A stretch of DNA of 64,000 nucleotides from IMG/VR virus record IMGVR_UViG_3300017991_000077, positions 1 to 64,000 of that record. One strand, 5' to 3'. The notes beneath the pieces were generated by a model, which saw only the letters and a program-made list of their open reading frames with translations, ran no database searches and was not told the origin of the DNA. Shown piece by piece: positions 47,999 through 56,449 of the stretch. Both the position numbers and the translations under genes were made by a program. Positions within the stretch are counted from its first letter, which is position 1, and each line of letters begins with the position of its first letter. This DNA comes from a virus.

Positions 47999-49129
47999 AT
48001 GACATCAAGTGAAGAATCGATGGTAGACAGTCTCGACCTTTCAGATCGAGACATCAGGTTGATATTCAAAATCAAGTCCCTTCAGAACAAAGGAGTTCGG
48101 GTTAGAATCGCAGATCTAGCAGAGTTTTTTCACGTCAGTAGACCTACTATAGAAAGATCTCTAAAGAAATTTAGAGAGCTGGAGATTCTCAATATGTCTC
48201 GTGAGGGGTCAGTTTTTTGGAGATATGAGTTCCATGATGGGTCACAAAAAATGGCCCATCATGCACCATCAAAAAGGGCAGGAGAAGTGTCAGAAATGAC
48301 CCATCATTCTTTTGCTAAAGAGGAGTCTTCCCAGCCAAAAAACAGACGAAAGATTCGCCTTCCCTTGTCTATACATACTAAGAGACAATTGTCCTTAGCC
48401 AGACAGAACAAAAATAGAAGGCGACCCATCAATTTGCTGGACCTCAGCAAAGAACGGAGTTCTTTAGGTTGTTTTAGGTCTTTAGAGAAACATAAAACAC
48501 AAGAAAACAAACTTCGATGTCGAATAGACAAACCATTAATATCACCAGAATCCAACATTATCTACTTGTTCCCCTTAGACACAGAAATGATACCAAAGGA
48601 GGAGGTCATGCCCAAAGTTTCAGGACCATCAGGCCCAATTAGGGATGCGGTCGAACAGGGTTTATCTCAGTCAAAAGAGGCTCATTGTCTAGCTAAAAAG
48701 AGGACATCTAAGGCCCCGAAACAGACTGAAGTATTCAAGGTAAAAAGGACACGCGCAGAGCAACAAAGAGCTGCTATGGAACAAAAAGACGTTTCAGAGT
48801 ATAATTGTAATGATATGTGGTATGTGTTTAAAGATTTTTGGAGATGGGAAGGTAAACCGATAGGGTGGACAAAAAGAGATCGAAAGCACATAAAAGAGTT
48901 GATAGATGAGCAAGGAGCAGAGGCTGTGGTTACTTATATCAAGTATGCAATTGAACATTGGAATGCTTTATGTTCTAGGTTCAATGTGTCAGGGAAACCC
49001 AGCGTACCTTGTCTATATGGCTATAGACGAACATGGCTTTATGAGGCCCTAGAAGGTGGACCGAAGGCTAGAAAAAACTATGGGGCGGAGTATTCAGATT
49101 CAGATATTCCGTCAGGAAGTTGGGGTTAG
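47999..49129 (+). CDS. putative replication initiator (N-terminal winged HTH)
   Basis: RIADLAEFFHVSRPTIERSLKKFRELEIL HTH; internal iteron-like repeats; upstream of a DnaC-like ATPase. Confidence 0.65.
   Translation: MTSSEESMVDSLDLSDRDIRLIFKIKSLQNKGVRVRIADLAEFFHVSRPTIERSLKKFRELEILNMSREGSVFWRYEFHDGSQKMAHHAPSKRAGEVSEMTHHSFAKEESSQPKNRRKIRLPLSIHTKRQLSLARQNKNRRRPINLLDLSKERSSLGCFRSLEKHKTQENKLRCRIDKPLISPESNIIYLFPLDTEMIPKEEVMPKVSGPSGPIRDAVEQGLSQSKEAHCLAKKRTSKAPKQTEVFKVKRTRAEQQRAAMEQKDVSEYNCNDMWYVFKDFWRWEGKPIGWTKRDRKHIKELIDEQGAEAVVTYIKYAIEHWNALCSRFNVSGKPSVPCLYGYRRTWLYEALEGGPKARKNYGAEYSDSDIPSGSWG
48202..48306. repeat. four iteron-like 10-mers (TGATGGGTCA consensus), two in each orientation; candidate origin
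   Basis: TGAGGGGTCA 48202, TGATGGGTCA 48235, inverted TGGCCCATCA 48252, inverted TGACCCATCA 48297. Confidence 0.6.
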
Positions 49130-49468
49130 TTGATGGCAGGGATGAGCAGTATGGCATTAAAAAGGTGCCGTCGAATGACGATAGACGTGAGTGAAACCTC
49201 GGGATATTTGGCCCGAATTCAGGTATTTGATCCCAGACGAAATGGGAGTTGCATATCTGAATATCTGGCCAGACACGCTATGGATACCGAGAGAATCAAG
49301 AGGGCTTGGATGTCTAAATTCCAGGTGCCTCCGGAGTTGATTACGGTAAAACATGAGGGTATACCCGTTTCGGATAATGCCGAGACAGATATTATAGAAG
49401 ATAAGCCTCCCGAGGGGAAAAGTGGAGGAAAAGAAAATGCCGATGAAATTGAGCGAAGCACATCATGA
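49130..49468 (+). CDS. hypothetical protein
   Basis: Fills the gap between initiator and loader; start uncertain. Confidence 0.5.
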   Translation: MMAGMSSMALKRCRRMTIDVSETSGYLARIQVFDPRRNGSCISEYLARHAMDTERIKRAWMSKFQVPPELITVKHEGIPVSDNAETDIIEDKPPEGKSGGKENADEIERSTS

Positions 49469-50051
49469 GTATATGAATATCGGTAAAGCGTACTGGGGTG
49501 CGGATACCGAGAATTTTACTCCCAAACAGAAAAAAGCGATAGCCGGATACCTTAGTGATCTGCCAGGCATGATTCGGTCTGGTATCGGTATCTATTTGTG
49601 GGGAGATAATAGCCGAGGTAAGAGTTATATCGCGGCTGCTTTATGCCGAAAGGTCTGGGCAGATTATCGAGTAACTTCTTACTACGTAACGGCATCTGAA
49701 TTGAAAGAAGCCTGGATTGATGACGTAGAAGCACATCCAGGATCTTCAGAGATGATGACAGACAGAGTTCAAGAAGCGAGATTCTTGGTTCTCGATGATT
49801 TCGGTAAAGAACATCGAACATCTTCGGGTTTTGCCGAGTCTAAATTCGGAGCTTTACTTCGGAGCAGAAAGAAAGAACTCTTGACTACGGTGATTACGAG
49901 TAATTTGGACCCGAGAGAGTTTGGGGAGGTCTACGGTCCATCTACGAAGCATTTAATGAGGGAATGCATGGTTCCTATCCGGCTCAAGGGACAAGATATT
50001 AGGGAACGGATAGCCAAGCGAATATACGACGTTTTTCAAGCAACGGCATAA
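49437..50051 (+). CDS. DnaC/IstB-like AAA+ helicase loader
   Basis: GIYLWGDNSRGKS Walker A, LVLDDFGKE Walker B, TVITSNL, GQDIR. Confidence 0.9.
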   Translation: MPMKLSEAHHEYMNIGKAYWGADTENFTPKQKKAIAGYLSDLPGMIRSGIGIYLWGDNSRGKSYIAAALCRKVWADYRVTSYYVTASELKEAWIDDVEAHPGSSEMMTDRVQEARFLVLDDFGKEHRTSSGFAESKFGALLRSRKKELLTTVITSNLDPREFGEVYGPSTKHLMRECMVPIRLKGQDIRERIAKRIYDVFQATA

Positions 50052-50065
50052 ACAAAGGAGCAGAC

Positions 50066-51025
50066 ATGAAGAGGATTGAATTCAAAAATTATGCAGGGGT
50101 TCGGGTTGGTGGCAAGATTCCGTTGGACCTTTCTGAGTCGACACTCCATATGGAACATGCGTTTTGGCTTACTTCTCAGGTAGAGAGTGGCGGCAAATTC
50201 GGGTGTGTCTTGAACTATGACGGTACCGGCATGACAGCAGGAATAGACCAGTGTATTGCCGTGTATCCGAGAGCGCTGGACGACGGGAAGAGAAAGAATG
50301 ACCAGGGACCCTTGTGGGGATTGCTCGCAAGTATTCGGGCAGCTCAGCCTGGTTTGTGGACTCATCGGAAACTAGACATCGCTCTTGAACGTGAGGGGTG
50401 GTATCTCTCTGGCGATGGTAAATGTCGATGGGCATTTAACGGACGTCTCGTGCCCGGTAAGAAAATTCGAGAAGTTTTTACTGGGGATAGAGATGGAGTT
50501 ATGCCGGAAGAAGGACCGGGAAGAAAAGCGGCCACGAAGTGGGTTAGATTATTTCATAGGCTTTTCAGTGATGAAGCCACTTTTCCGATCCAGGTTGCTT
50601 ATGGGTTACGCCACTTTCAAAAAAGATCTTGTAAGCGACTGTCCTACAGTAAATATGGTTTTAATCGAGCCATGACTATTAACGATGCGGTATATGAGTC
50701 TACGCATCTTTCGGCAGTCACGGATTGTTTTTCTGATGACTTCGATTTAGCTATGTCAGTATGGTGGTCTCATACTGTAAACGCCCCAGCAGTAACTTTG
50801 AAGAAGTTGTGCAAAATCATAGATAAGTATGGAAAAGCCACAGAAGAGAATCAACTCTCTATTGCACGGGCGATAATGAGATCTTTAGCTAATTCACATT
50901 GGGGAAGATGGAACGACGAGATAAAGAACGGACGATGGCAACGTACTCGTAAGTATGCCATGAAGGTCTGGCCAAAAGAACTCTTCGCAAAAGATGGGAT
51001 TATGCCGAAAAAGATAGTCGGATAG
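50066..51025 (+). CDS. putative lysozyme-superfamily peptidoglycan hydrolase
   Basis: VESGG.FG.V.NYDG.GMTAGIDQ resembles the catalytic E...YD...G..Q motif of lysozyme-like phage enzymes. Confidence 0.5.
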   Translation: MKRIEFKNYAGVRVGGKIPLDLSESTLHMEHAFWLTSQVESGGKFGCVLNYDGTGMTAGIDQCIAVYPRALDDGKRKNDQGPLWGLLASIRAAQPGLWTHRKLDIALEREGWYLSGDGKCRWAFNGRLVPGKKIREVFTGDRDGVMPEEGPGRKAATKWVRLFHRLFSDEATFPIQVAYGLRHFQKRSCKRLSYSKYGFNRAMTINDAVYESTHLSAVTDCFSDDFDLAMSVWWSHTVNAPAVTLKKLCKIIDKYGKATEENQLSIARAIMRSLANSHWGRWNDEIKNGRWQRTRKYAMKVWPKELFAKDGIMPKKIVG

Positions 51026-51029
51026 TTCT

Positions 51030-51275
51030 ATGCTTAAAGGATATGTTGAAAAGTCTTTTCGTACGGATAGTCGAGCGAAAGATTATATTAAGAAACATGG
51101 CAAGCTTAGTTGGGAGTTAGATGCTTTAGAGCCACGTGTTCTTGCTGAGATAGTGGAGAACTCTATCATGGCGGCTGTGGATCAACCTGCTTGGGATGAG
51201 GCATGGGAGCAGGAAAGACAGATGAAAGATGTATTACAGAAGGCTTCGCAGCAGTTCAATAAACTGATAGAATAA
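51030..51275 (+). pseudogene. truncated Toprim / topoisomerase VI-A-like phage protein remnant
   Basis: TDSRA..YI..HG..SWELDALEP..L..IV matches, from recall, the C-terminus of that family; only 81 aa. Confidence 0.5.
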
Positions 51276-51300
51276 TTCTTAACTTATATAGGAGGTGTTT

Positions 51301-51912
51301 ATGCGAAAATCAAAGCGATATGTTATTGTATATTTGTTTACCTTTCCAATGGACTTACTTACCTGGTTATCGGTGTTGTTTCTTTGGATTTGTTGGGGAA
51401 CTAAATTACAGTGGGTTTCGTATAGTGGGCTGTGGTGTGAGCTTAAGGTAAATTCCTGGCCAACCAAATCTTGGTATAGAGTTCCCTTTCGTGAAGGTAT
51501 CGCTAAGATACGGCCTATCACTGAGTGGGAACAATACGGAAAATGGTATACCTGGGCAGGAACTACTTTAGGTCATGGTGGATTTTTTGGACCCGGCCAG
51601 TCGGGAGGAGATGGGATTGATACCGATGTGGAAGTACACGAGAATGTACATGTAGAACAATTTGAAGTCAGTATGGTCACTTCTTTTATTATGGGCCTAC
51701 TCGTATTTGGAGTTCTTTTATTTGGAGGTCATATGCAAGTAGGAATTGTTCTCGGAGGTACTTTGTGGATATTGGGTTTTATTTTGATGTGCATGGGAGG
51801 CTGGTTGGTGGGTTTTCTTCAAGGTGAAGGAGCTTATCGAGGAAGTGTACATGAGGAGGGGGCGTACGCGATTGCTGCGGAATACGCTCGTAAGAAGAAC
51901 GGACTTGATTGA
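51301..51912 (+). CDS. membrane protein with HExxH zinc-metalloprotease-like motif
   Basis: GTTLGH...VHENVHVEQ...HEEGAY; hydrophobic helices; GGAGG RBS. Confidence 0.6.
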   Translation: MRKSKRYVIVYLFTFPMDLLTWLSVLFLWICWGTKLQWVSYSGLWCELKVNSWPTKSWYRVPFREGIAKIRPITEWEQYGKWYTWAGTTLGHGGFFGPGQSGGDGIDTDVEVHENVHVEQFEVSMVTSFIMGLLVFGVLLFGGHMQVGIVLGGTLWILGFILMCMGGWLVGFLQGEGAYRGSVHEEGAYAIAAEYARKKNGLD

Positions 51913-51915
51913 GGA

Positions 51916-52341
51916 ATGCAGCGCGGAGAACTGTCCAATCGGCCCGCAGCTATTTGTGGCGTTGATTACCGAGTGTTATTGGATATCAGATTTCCTTACG
52001 GATGGTTCCTCGTAAAAGTACCTGAGTTACTTCTAAGCAAACATTTTGAAGGTATGATGCGGGAGGCGTTACCTTGGCGTGTCGGTGCTCGGGGTTGGCT
52101 TGAAAGAAACTGGGAAAGGAGGTTCGCAAGCGTATCAGTAGGAGTGCCCTTGCTAGCACCAGCTATTGATATGATTTTAGGGGACTACATCGCAGAGCAA
52201 TATCATTTCGACACAGTTCAGGATTTCAGACAATGGGTCAGAATTACTCCCCAGGTATATCGAGTGTTCACTGAAGATGCAGCCTTGTTGGGGTTAGATA
52301 ACATTACTTCTCGATTATCTGGTTGGACGGAGAAAGCGTAA
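51916..52341 (+). CDS. conserved-type phage hypothetical protein upstream of the helicase
   Basis: MQRGELSN start; translationally coupled to the helicase. Confidence 0.6.
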   Translation: MQRGELSNRPAAICGVDYRVLLDIRFPYGWFLVKVPELLLSKHFEGMMREALPWRVGARGWLERNWERRFASVSVGVPLLAPAIDMILGDYIAEQYHFDTVQDFRQWVRITPQVYRVFTEDAALLGLDNITSRLSGWTEKA

Positions 52342-53606
52342 TGAACTACGAAGAGGCGTTGATTTCTAAGATATTGACGGAGGGGTGTCTTGAAGAGGTT
52401 TTGGACGCTAGAGTTTCTGTAGACCTTTTCGAATCGCATAAGGATGTTTGGGAATATGTTTTGGAGGTTTTTCGGGAACATGGGAGCGTTCCCCCAGTAG
52501 ATACAGTCGAACAACGGTTTCGAGATTTTTCGATGGAGGTTTCAGAAACCTCGATGACATTTTTCATATCGGAGCTTCGTAAGAGATGGGTTCACAATAC
52601 GATAGCCACGAGCATGAAGGTTCAGGCGGATCTCTTGAAGAAAAGAGAACCTTTGCAGGCTTTAGATGAAATGAGGGAAACTCTACTCAAGGCGGAGGTG
52701 GAATCGAGACCTGCAAAAGACTTGAATATTGTAGAAGAACCTGAGCGTCGTATTACTGCATATGAAGACATTGTAAAAGCAGGAGGTGTTACAGGTATTC
52801 CTACTCCTTGGGCATGTTTTAACGAGGTTACTCAGGGGTTTAATGGGGAAGAACTCATTATGATGGCTGGGAGGTCTGGAATTGGTAAAACGTGGTGTGA
52901 GGCAGTTTTGGCTTGTGCTCAGTGGTCGCTAGGTTATACGCCGATACTGTTTTCAAGAGAAATGGCGGTACATCAGATTGTTCGGCGTATTGATGCAGTG
53001 CATGCGCAGCTCCCGTACCAGAGATTTCGATCTGGGTTGTTGACTACTGATGAGTTTGAACGATGGTCGAAATCTTTGGCCGAAATGAAAGATGGGTTAC
53101 CTTTTTGGGTGACGGGTGATGATGAGGGAAGATTGGGCGTATCTGGTATTGCGGCAAAGATTCATCGATATAAGCCGTCAATAGTCTATATCGACGGAGG
53201 TTATCTTTTAGAAGATGAGAGAGGTGCTCGAGCATCTTGGGAGCGGTGGTCTAATGTATGTCGGGATTTGAAGAAGCTGGCGCAACAGGAGAATCTTCCG
53301 ATAGTCTTATCACATCAATTTAATCTGGAGGGTAAAGACGATAAAGGGGATGCAGATACTCTGAAGTATGGTGACGTACAGATGTGGTTTGATTTGATTG
53401 TCGGGTTATATCAGACAGAGGATTTGCGATTGAATAAGGAGATGCTTTTTAAAATAAACAAACAACGAGAAGGAGAGAGACTTGAGTGGGTGACTGAATG
53501 GGATCTAGATAAGATGGTTTTCGAAGTAAAATCTGAAGGACGAGATGATGTAGGAGAGGCTGTTCCTTATGAAGAAGATTCAGAAGGAGACAGAGTACCT
53601 TTTTAA
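52341..53606 (+). CDS. dnaB: DnaB-like replicative helicase
   Basis: GIPTPW..FNEVTQGF...ELI..AGRSGIGKT, FSREM, IVYIDGGYL, LKKLA....PIV..HQFN, KQREG. Confidence 0.92.
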   Translation: MNYEEALISKILTEGCLEEVLDARVSVDLFESHKDVWEYVLEVFREHGSVPPVDTVEQRFRDFSMEVSETSMTFFISELRKRWVHNTIATSMKVQADLLKKREPLQALDEMRETLLKAEVESRPAKDLNIVEEPERRITAYEDIVKAGGVTGIPTPWACFNEVTQGFNGEELIMMAGRSGIGKTWCEAVLACAQWSLGYTPILFSREMAVHQIVRRIDAVHAQLPYQRFRSGLLTTDEFERWSKSLAEMKDGLPFWVTGDDEGRLGVSGIAAKIHRYKPSIVYIDGGYLLEDERGARASWERWSNVCRDLKKLAQQENLPIVLSHQFNLEGKDDKGDADTLKYGDVQMWFDLIVGLYQTEDLRLNKEMLFKINKQREGERLEWVTEWDLDKMVFEVKSEGRDDVGEAVPYEEDSEGDRVPF

Positions 53607-53867
53607 ATGGCTGTATACGTTAGCGTTGAGTTGAAAGATGTTGGAAGTTTGATGGAAGCTATCCAATATGTAGTTGATCGAGAAGGCGAGCCTATAACTA
53701 AAGAAACAGCAGAATATTTACAGGAGACTCTTTCTCGGGTTCAACGGCATATTGATAACGAACATTATGGGGATGCAGCCGCTACGGAGATAACGCGGGT
53801 TTTAGATTTTCTTGGAGGAGGGAACTCATGGACGAAAGAAGAATCTTGGAGGTCTTGGAAGAGATAG
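53607..53867 (+). CDS. hypothetical protein
   Basis: Starts immediately after the helicase stop. Confidence 0.55.
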   Translation: MAVYVSVELKDVGSLMEAIQYVVDREGEPITKETAEYLQETLSRVQRHIDNEHYGDAAATEITRVLDFLGGGNSWTKEESWRSWKR

Positions 53868-54856
53868 ACGCCAAAAACATTTCAATTTATGATCGCAATA
53901 TTCAGTGTTCTTGTTTCTTAGCTCCTTATCGAAGAGGACACGACTCCTACAGTGACCATGCAGGTTCGATGGGGATTTCTATCGATTCCGAAGATGAAAG
54001 TAAGGTGCATTGTTTCAGTTGTGGATTCGGTGGTTCCTTTGTCAGAGCTGTTGAATTGTTGGATAAGTATAAAAGTCGGGTAGACCTTTCTAAGTTGCTT
54101 TCTCGAATGCGGGAGATTGAGGATAAGGACCCTGTTCAGGTGGCTGCATCTGTGGGAAGTTACGATGAGCCTTTGTTCCAGGCAGTGCGAAAGGCGTATT
54201 TGGGAGAATGTCTTTTGAGAATGTCCTTTTCTCCTGGAGCGCATACGAGCATTGTATCAAGGGGATTTTCTGTCGATACACTTAAAACCTGGGAATGTCA
54301 TTATGATGATCGCTATATGCGAGTAGTATTTCCTGTTCGAGACCGAGTACTTTCTTCGGGACTTAAATGTCATGCAGGTCTTGTAGGTGCAGTTGGCCGG
54401 ACAGTAGTCAATAGCGATATAAAATATTTCAATTATTTTGGATTAGAAAAAGCAAATCATTTATATGGGGAGCACTTAACTAAGACTGGACCAACTGTAG
54501 TGGTTGTAGAGGGAATATTAGATACTATTGCAGTTTGGCAGTCATTACAGAAAGCAGGTATGGGGGAGTATTGTGATGTAGTTGGTTTGCTTGGAGCCTC
54601 TGCGTCAAATAAGCAAATGGCAAAATTGGCGTCTACCTGGGAGGAAATGATAGTCTTTCTAGACGATGATCCAGCAGGTTGGTCAGGTCAGCTCAGGTTG
54701 GTTAAAGGGTCTGGTAGAAAGGTTATGGTGAAAGGAGTTCAGTATCCCCGAGGAGTTCAGTATCCCCGAGGTAAAGGCAATGACCCGGCGAGTTTGATGC
54801 AGAACGGAGTAGATTTAGTACGCCTGATTAAGACTGCAAGTCTGCTGGTCTATTAG
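53828..54856 (+). CDS. dnaG: DNA primase (zinc finger plus Toprim)
   Basis: CFL...H...HCFSCG; RVVFPV...GAVGR; VVVEGILD; FLDDDPAG; DPA. Confidence 0.9.
   Translation: MDERRILEVLEEIDAKNISIYDRNIQCSCFLAPYRRGHDSYSDHAGSMGISIDSEDESKVHCFSCGFGGSFVRAVELLDKYKSRVDLSKLLSRMREIEDKDPVQVAASVGSYDEPLFQAVRKAYLGECLLRMSFSPGAHTSIVSRGFSVDTLKTWECHYDDRYMRVVFPVRDRVLSSGLKCHAGLVGAVGRTVVNSDIKYFNYFGLEKANHLYGEHLTKTGPTVVVVEGILDTIAVWQSLQKAGMGEYCDVVGLLGASASNKQMAKLASTWEEMIVFLDDDPAGWSGQLRLVKGSGRKVMVKGVQYPRGVQYPRGKGNDPASLMQNGVDLVRLIKTASLLVY
54733..54771 (+). repeat. 18-bp in-frame tandem duplication in primase (GVQYPR x2)
   Basis: AGGAGTTCAGTATCCCCG twice, then AGG. Confidence 0.95.
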
Positions 54857-54873
54857 CATAGAAAGGAGATACG

Positions 54874-55476
54874 ATGTTTAGGTTTATGCTATTGTTGTGT
54901 CTATTGATGGGGGTTTCAGGAAGCAGTCTCGCGCAGAAAGCTATTTATGACCCAGTTTATTACGGCAAGCTTACGTCTCACAGAGGGCTGAAAGGTCTTG
55001 GTGTAGTTAGACCTCAGGGACGTCCAGTATCGCGGGAGCAGTGGACAGATATGGAACGTCTGTGGATGGCTCGGAGTGTTGTTGGCGAGGCGAGTTTTTT
55101 GGCTCTTGAAGAGCATGTGGAGATCGCCTGGGTATATGCGACCATTGCTCGGCAAAAAGGATTGTCTTTGTTGAGGGTTATCAAAGGGTATTCTGCAGCA
55201 GTCAAGCAAAGAAGTACTAAGACTCGTAAGTGGATTCTTGAGTTGAAGTTAAATGGAAGTAAGCCAAGACATTGGCCAAGTAATTTGAGTTGGAAGGTAC
55301 ATAAAAAATTATGGTTCCGGATACTCGATAATTTAGAGGAATGGGCCAAAGGTAATAGACCCAGTAAATTGGATGGGGCTAATCATTTTGGAGGAGATAT
55401 GGATACTCCTGGTATTCGATGGGTAAAGTTAGACGCTCCCTACGCCAATAGTTTTTATCGAGCCGAAGCTAAATAA
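54874..55476 (+). CDS. secreted SleB/Hydrolase_2-like cell wall hydrolase
   Basis: Signal peptide; LWMARSVVGEA...IAWV...GANHF...N.FYR pattern. Confidence 0.65.
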   Translation: MFRFMLLLCLLMGVSGSSLAQKAIYDPVYYGKLTSHRGLKGLGVVRPQGRPVSREQWTDMERLWMARSVVGEASFLALEEHVEIAWVYATIARQKGLSLLRVIKGYSAAVKQRSTKTRKWILELKLNGSKPRHWPSNLSWKVHKKLWFRILDNLEEWAKGNRPSKLDGANHFGGDMDTPGIRWVKLDAPYANSFYRAEAK

Positions 55477-55482
55477 TACTGC

Positions 55483-55511
55483 TTGACAAAACTTTTTAAT
55501 ATACTTATCAT
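55483..55511 (+). promoter_or_regulatory. promoter P4 upstream of ssb, same family as P1-P3
   Basis: TTGACAAAAC...CT-TATCAT with 17-bp spacer. Confidence 0.7.
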
Positions 55512-55585
55512 TATTATCTACCTACATACATCAGTGGTCTAAGGGGAATTACGGCTAAAAGCCCACAATCAACAAAGGAGAAAAG

Positions 55586-56287
55586 ATGTCAAAAGCCAGT
55601 TGGTATTCTACAGGTAGTGACGCCGATGAAGCGGTGAAAGATGAAGTCGCAAGACAAGAAGCAGCCAGAGAAGAAAGATCAAGAAATCAGATTCGTCGCT
55701 GGTGGATGAGGCCGACGGACGAAGACGATGAGAAGCATTTAGTATTTGTTGACGATGAGAAGCATCCAGATGGATATAAGCTTCCTTTCGTATTTCGAGA
55801 GCATAATATCCATTTGAATGGACACTGGAGGAATTGGTTTACTTGTATCGAAGGGTTGCCAGGAGAAGATGGAAAGCCACAGCATTGTCCGTTGTGTAGG
55901 GCGGAGAATAGGCCCTATTTAGCGGCTGCATACACAGTCCAGAATAGGGATTCCTATACTGTAAAGGATGGGTCTATTCGGAATGCTGACGGAACGGAGC
56001 TCAATCTGTTTGTATGTAAGACGAAGGTATACAAGATGATTCGGAAGGCCAGCAAGAAAAAGAAGGGGTTGCGGGGTTGGTTGGTGGAGGTTACCAGAAC
56101 TTCTTCGGATGCTCCGAATACGGGTGACCTTTTTGAATTTGAAGAGTGGAACCAATTGCCGAAGAATGTAGTTCCTTATGACTACATGACTCTTTTTATG
56201 CCAAAGAGTGAAAAGGAGCTTGTAGACATATTGGCAGGAGGAGCAGCTAAAGAGGTAGAGGCACAAGACGACTTAATACGGTTCTAA
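55586..56287 (+). CDS. single-stranded DNA-binding protein (gp32-like, Zn-binding)
   Basis: REH...FTC...CPLC, EVTR, acidic C-terminal tail ending DDLIRF. Confidence 0.75.
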   Translation: MSKASWYSTGSDADEAVKDEVARQEAAREERSRNQIRRWWMRPTDEDDEKHLVFVDDEKHPDGYKLPFVFREHNIHLNGHWRNWFTCIEGLPGEDGKPQHCPLCRAENRPYLAAAYTVQNRDSYTVKDGSIRNADGTELNLFVCKTKVYKMIRKASKKKKGLRGWLVEVTRTSSDAPNTGDLFEFEEWNQLPKNVVPYDYMTLFMPKSEKELVDILAGGAAKEVEAQDDLIRF

Positions 56288-56296
56288 CTCTTTGTG

Positions 56297-56331
56297 GGGG
56301 CCTGGTCACGTGGGGCTAGGCTCCTTTCATT
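56297..56331 (+). terminator. hairpin terminator after ssb
   Basis: GGGGCCTGGTC/GGCTAGGCTCC stem followed by TTTCATT. Confidence 0.5.
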
Positions 56332-56347
56332 AATTGAAAGGAAAACA

Positions 56348-56449
56348 ATGGATGCTCTATTTTTGGGGATTGTGTTTGTAGTCTCTTCCACCGTAGTTTA
56401 TGTACTTTTGTATAGCATTAAGGCACTAGTAGAAAAGATATTCAAATAA
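56348..56449 (+). CDS. 33-aa single-helix membrane peptide
   Basis: AAGG RBS; MDALFLGIVFVVSSTVVYVLLYSIKALVEKIFK; stop overlaps the polymerase ATG. Confidence 0.5.
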   Translation: MDALFLGIVFVVSSTVVYVLLYSIKALVEKIFK

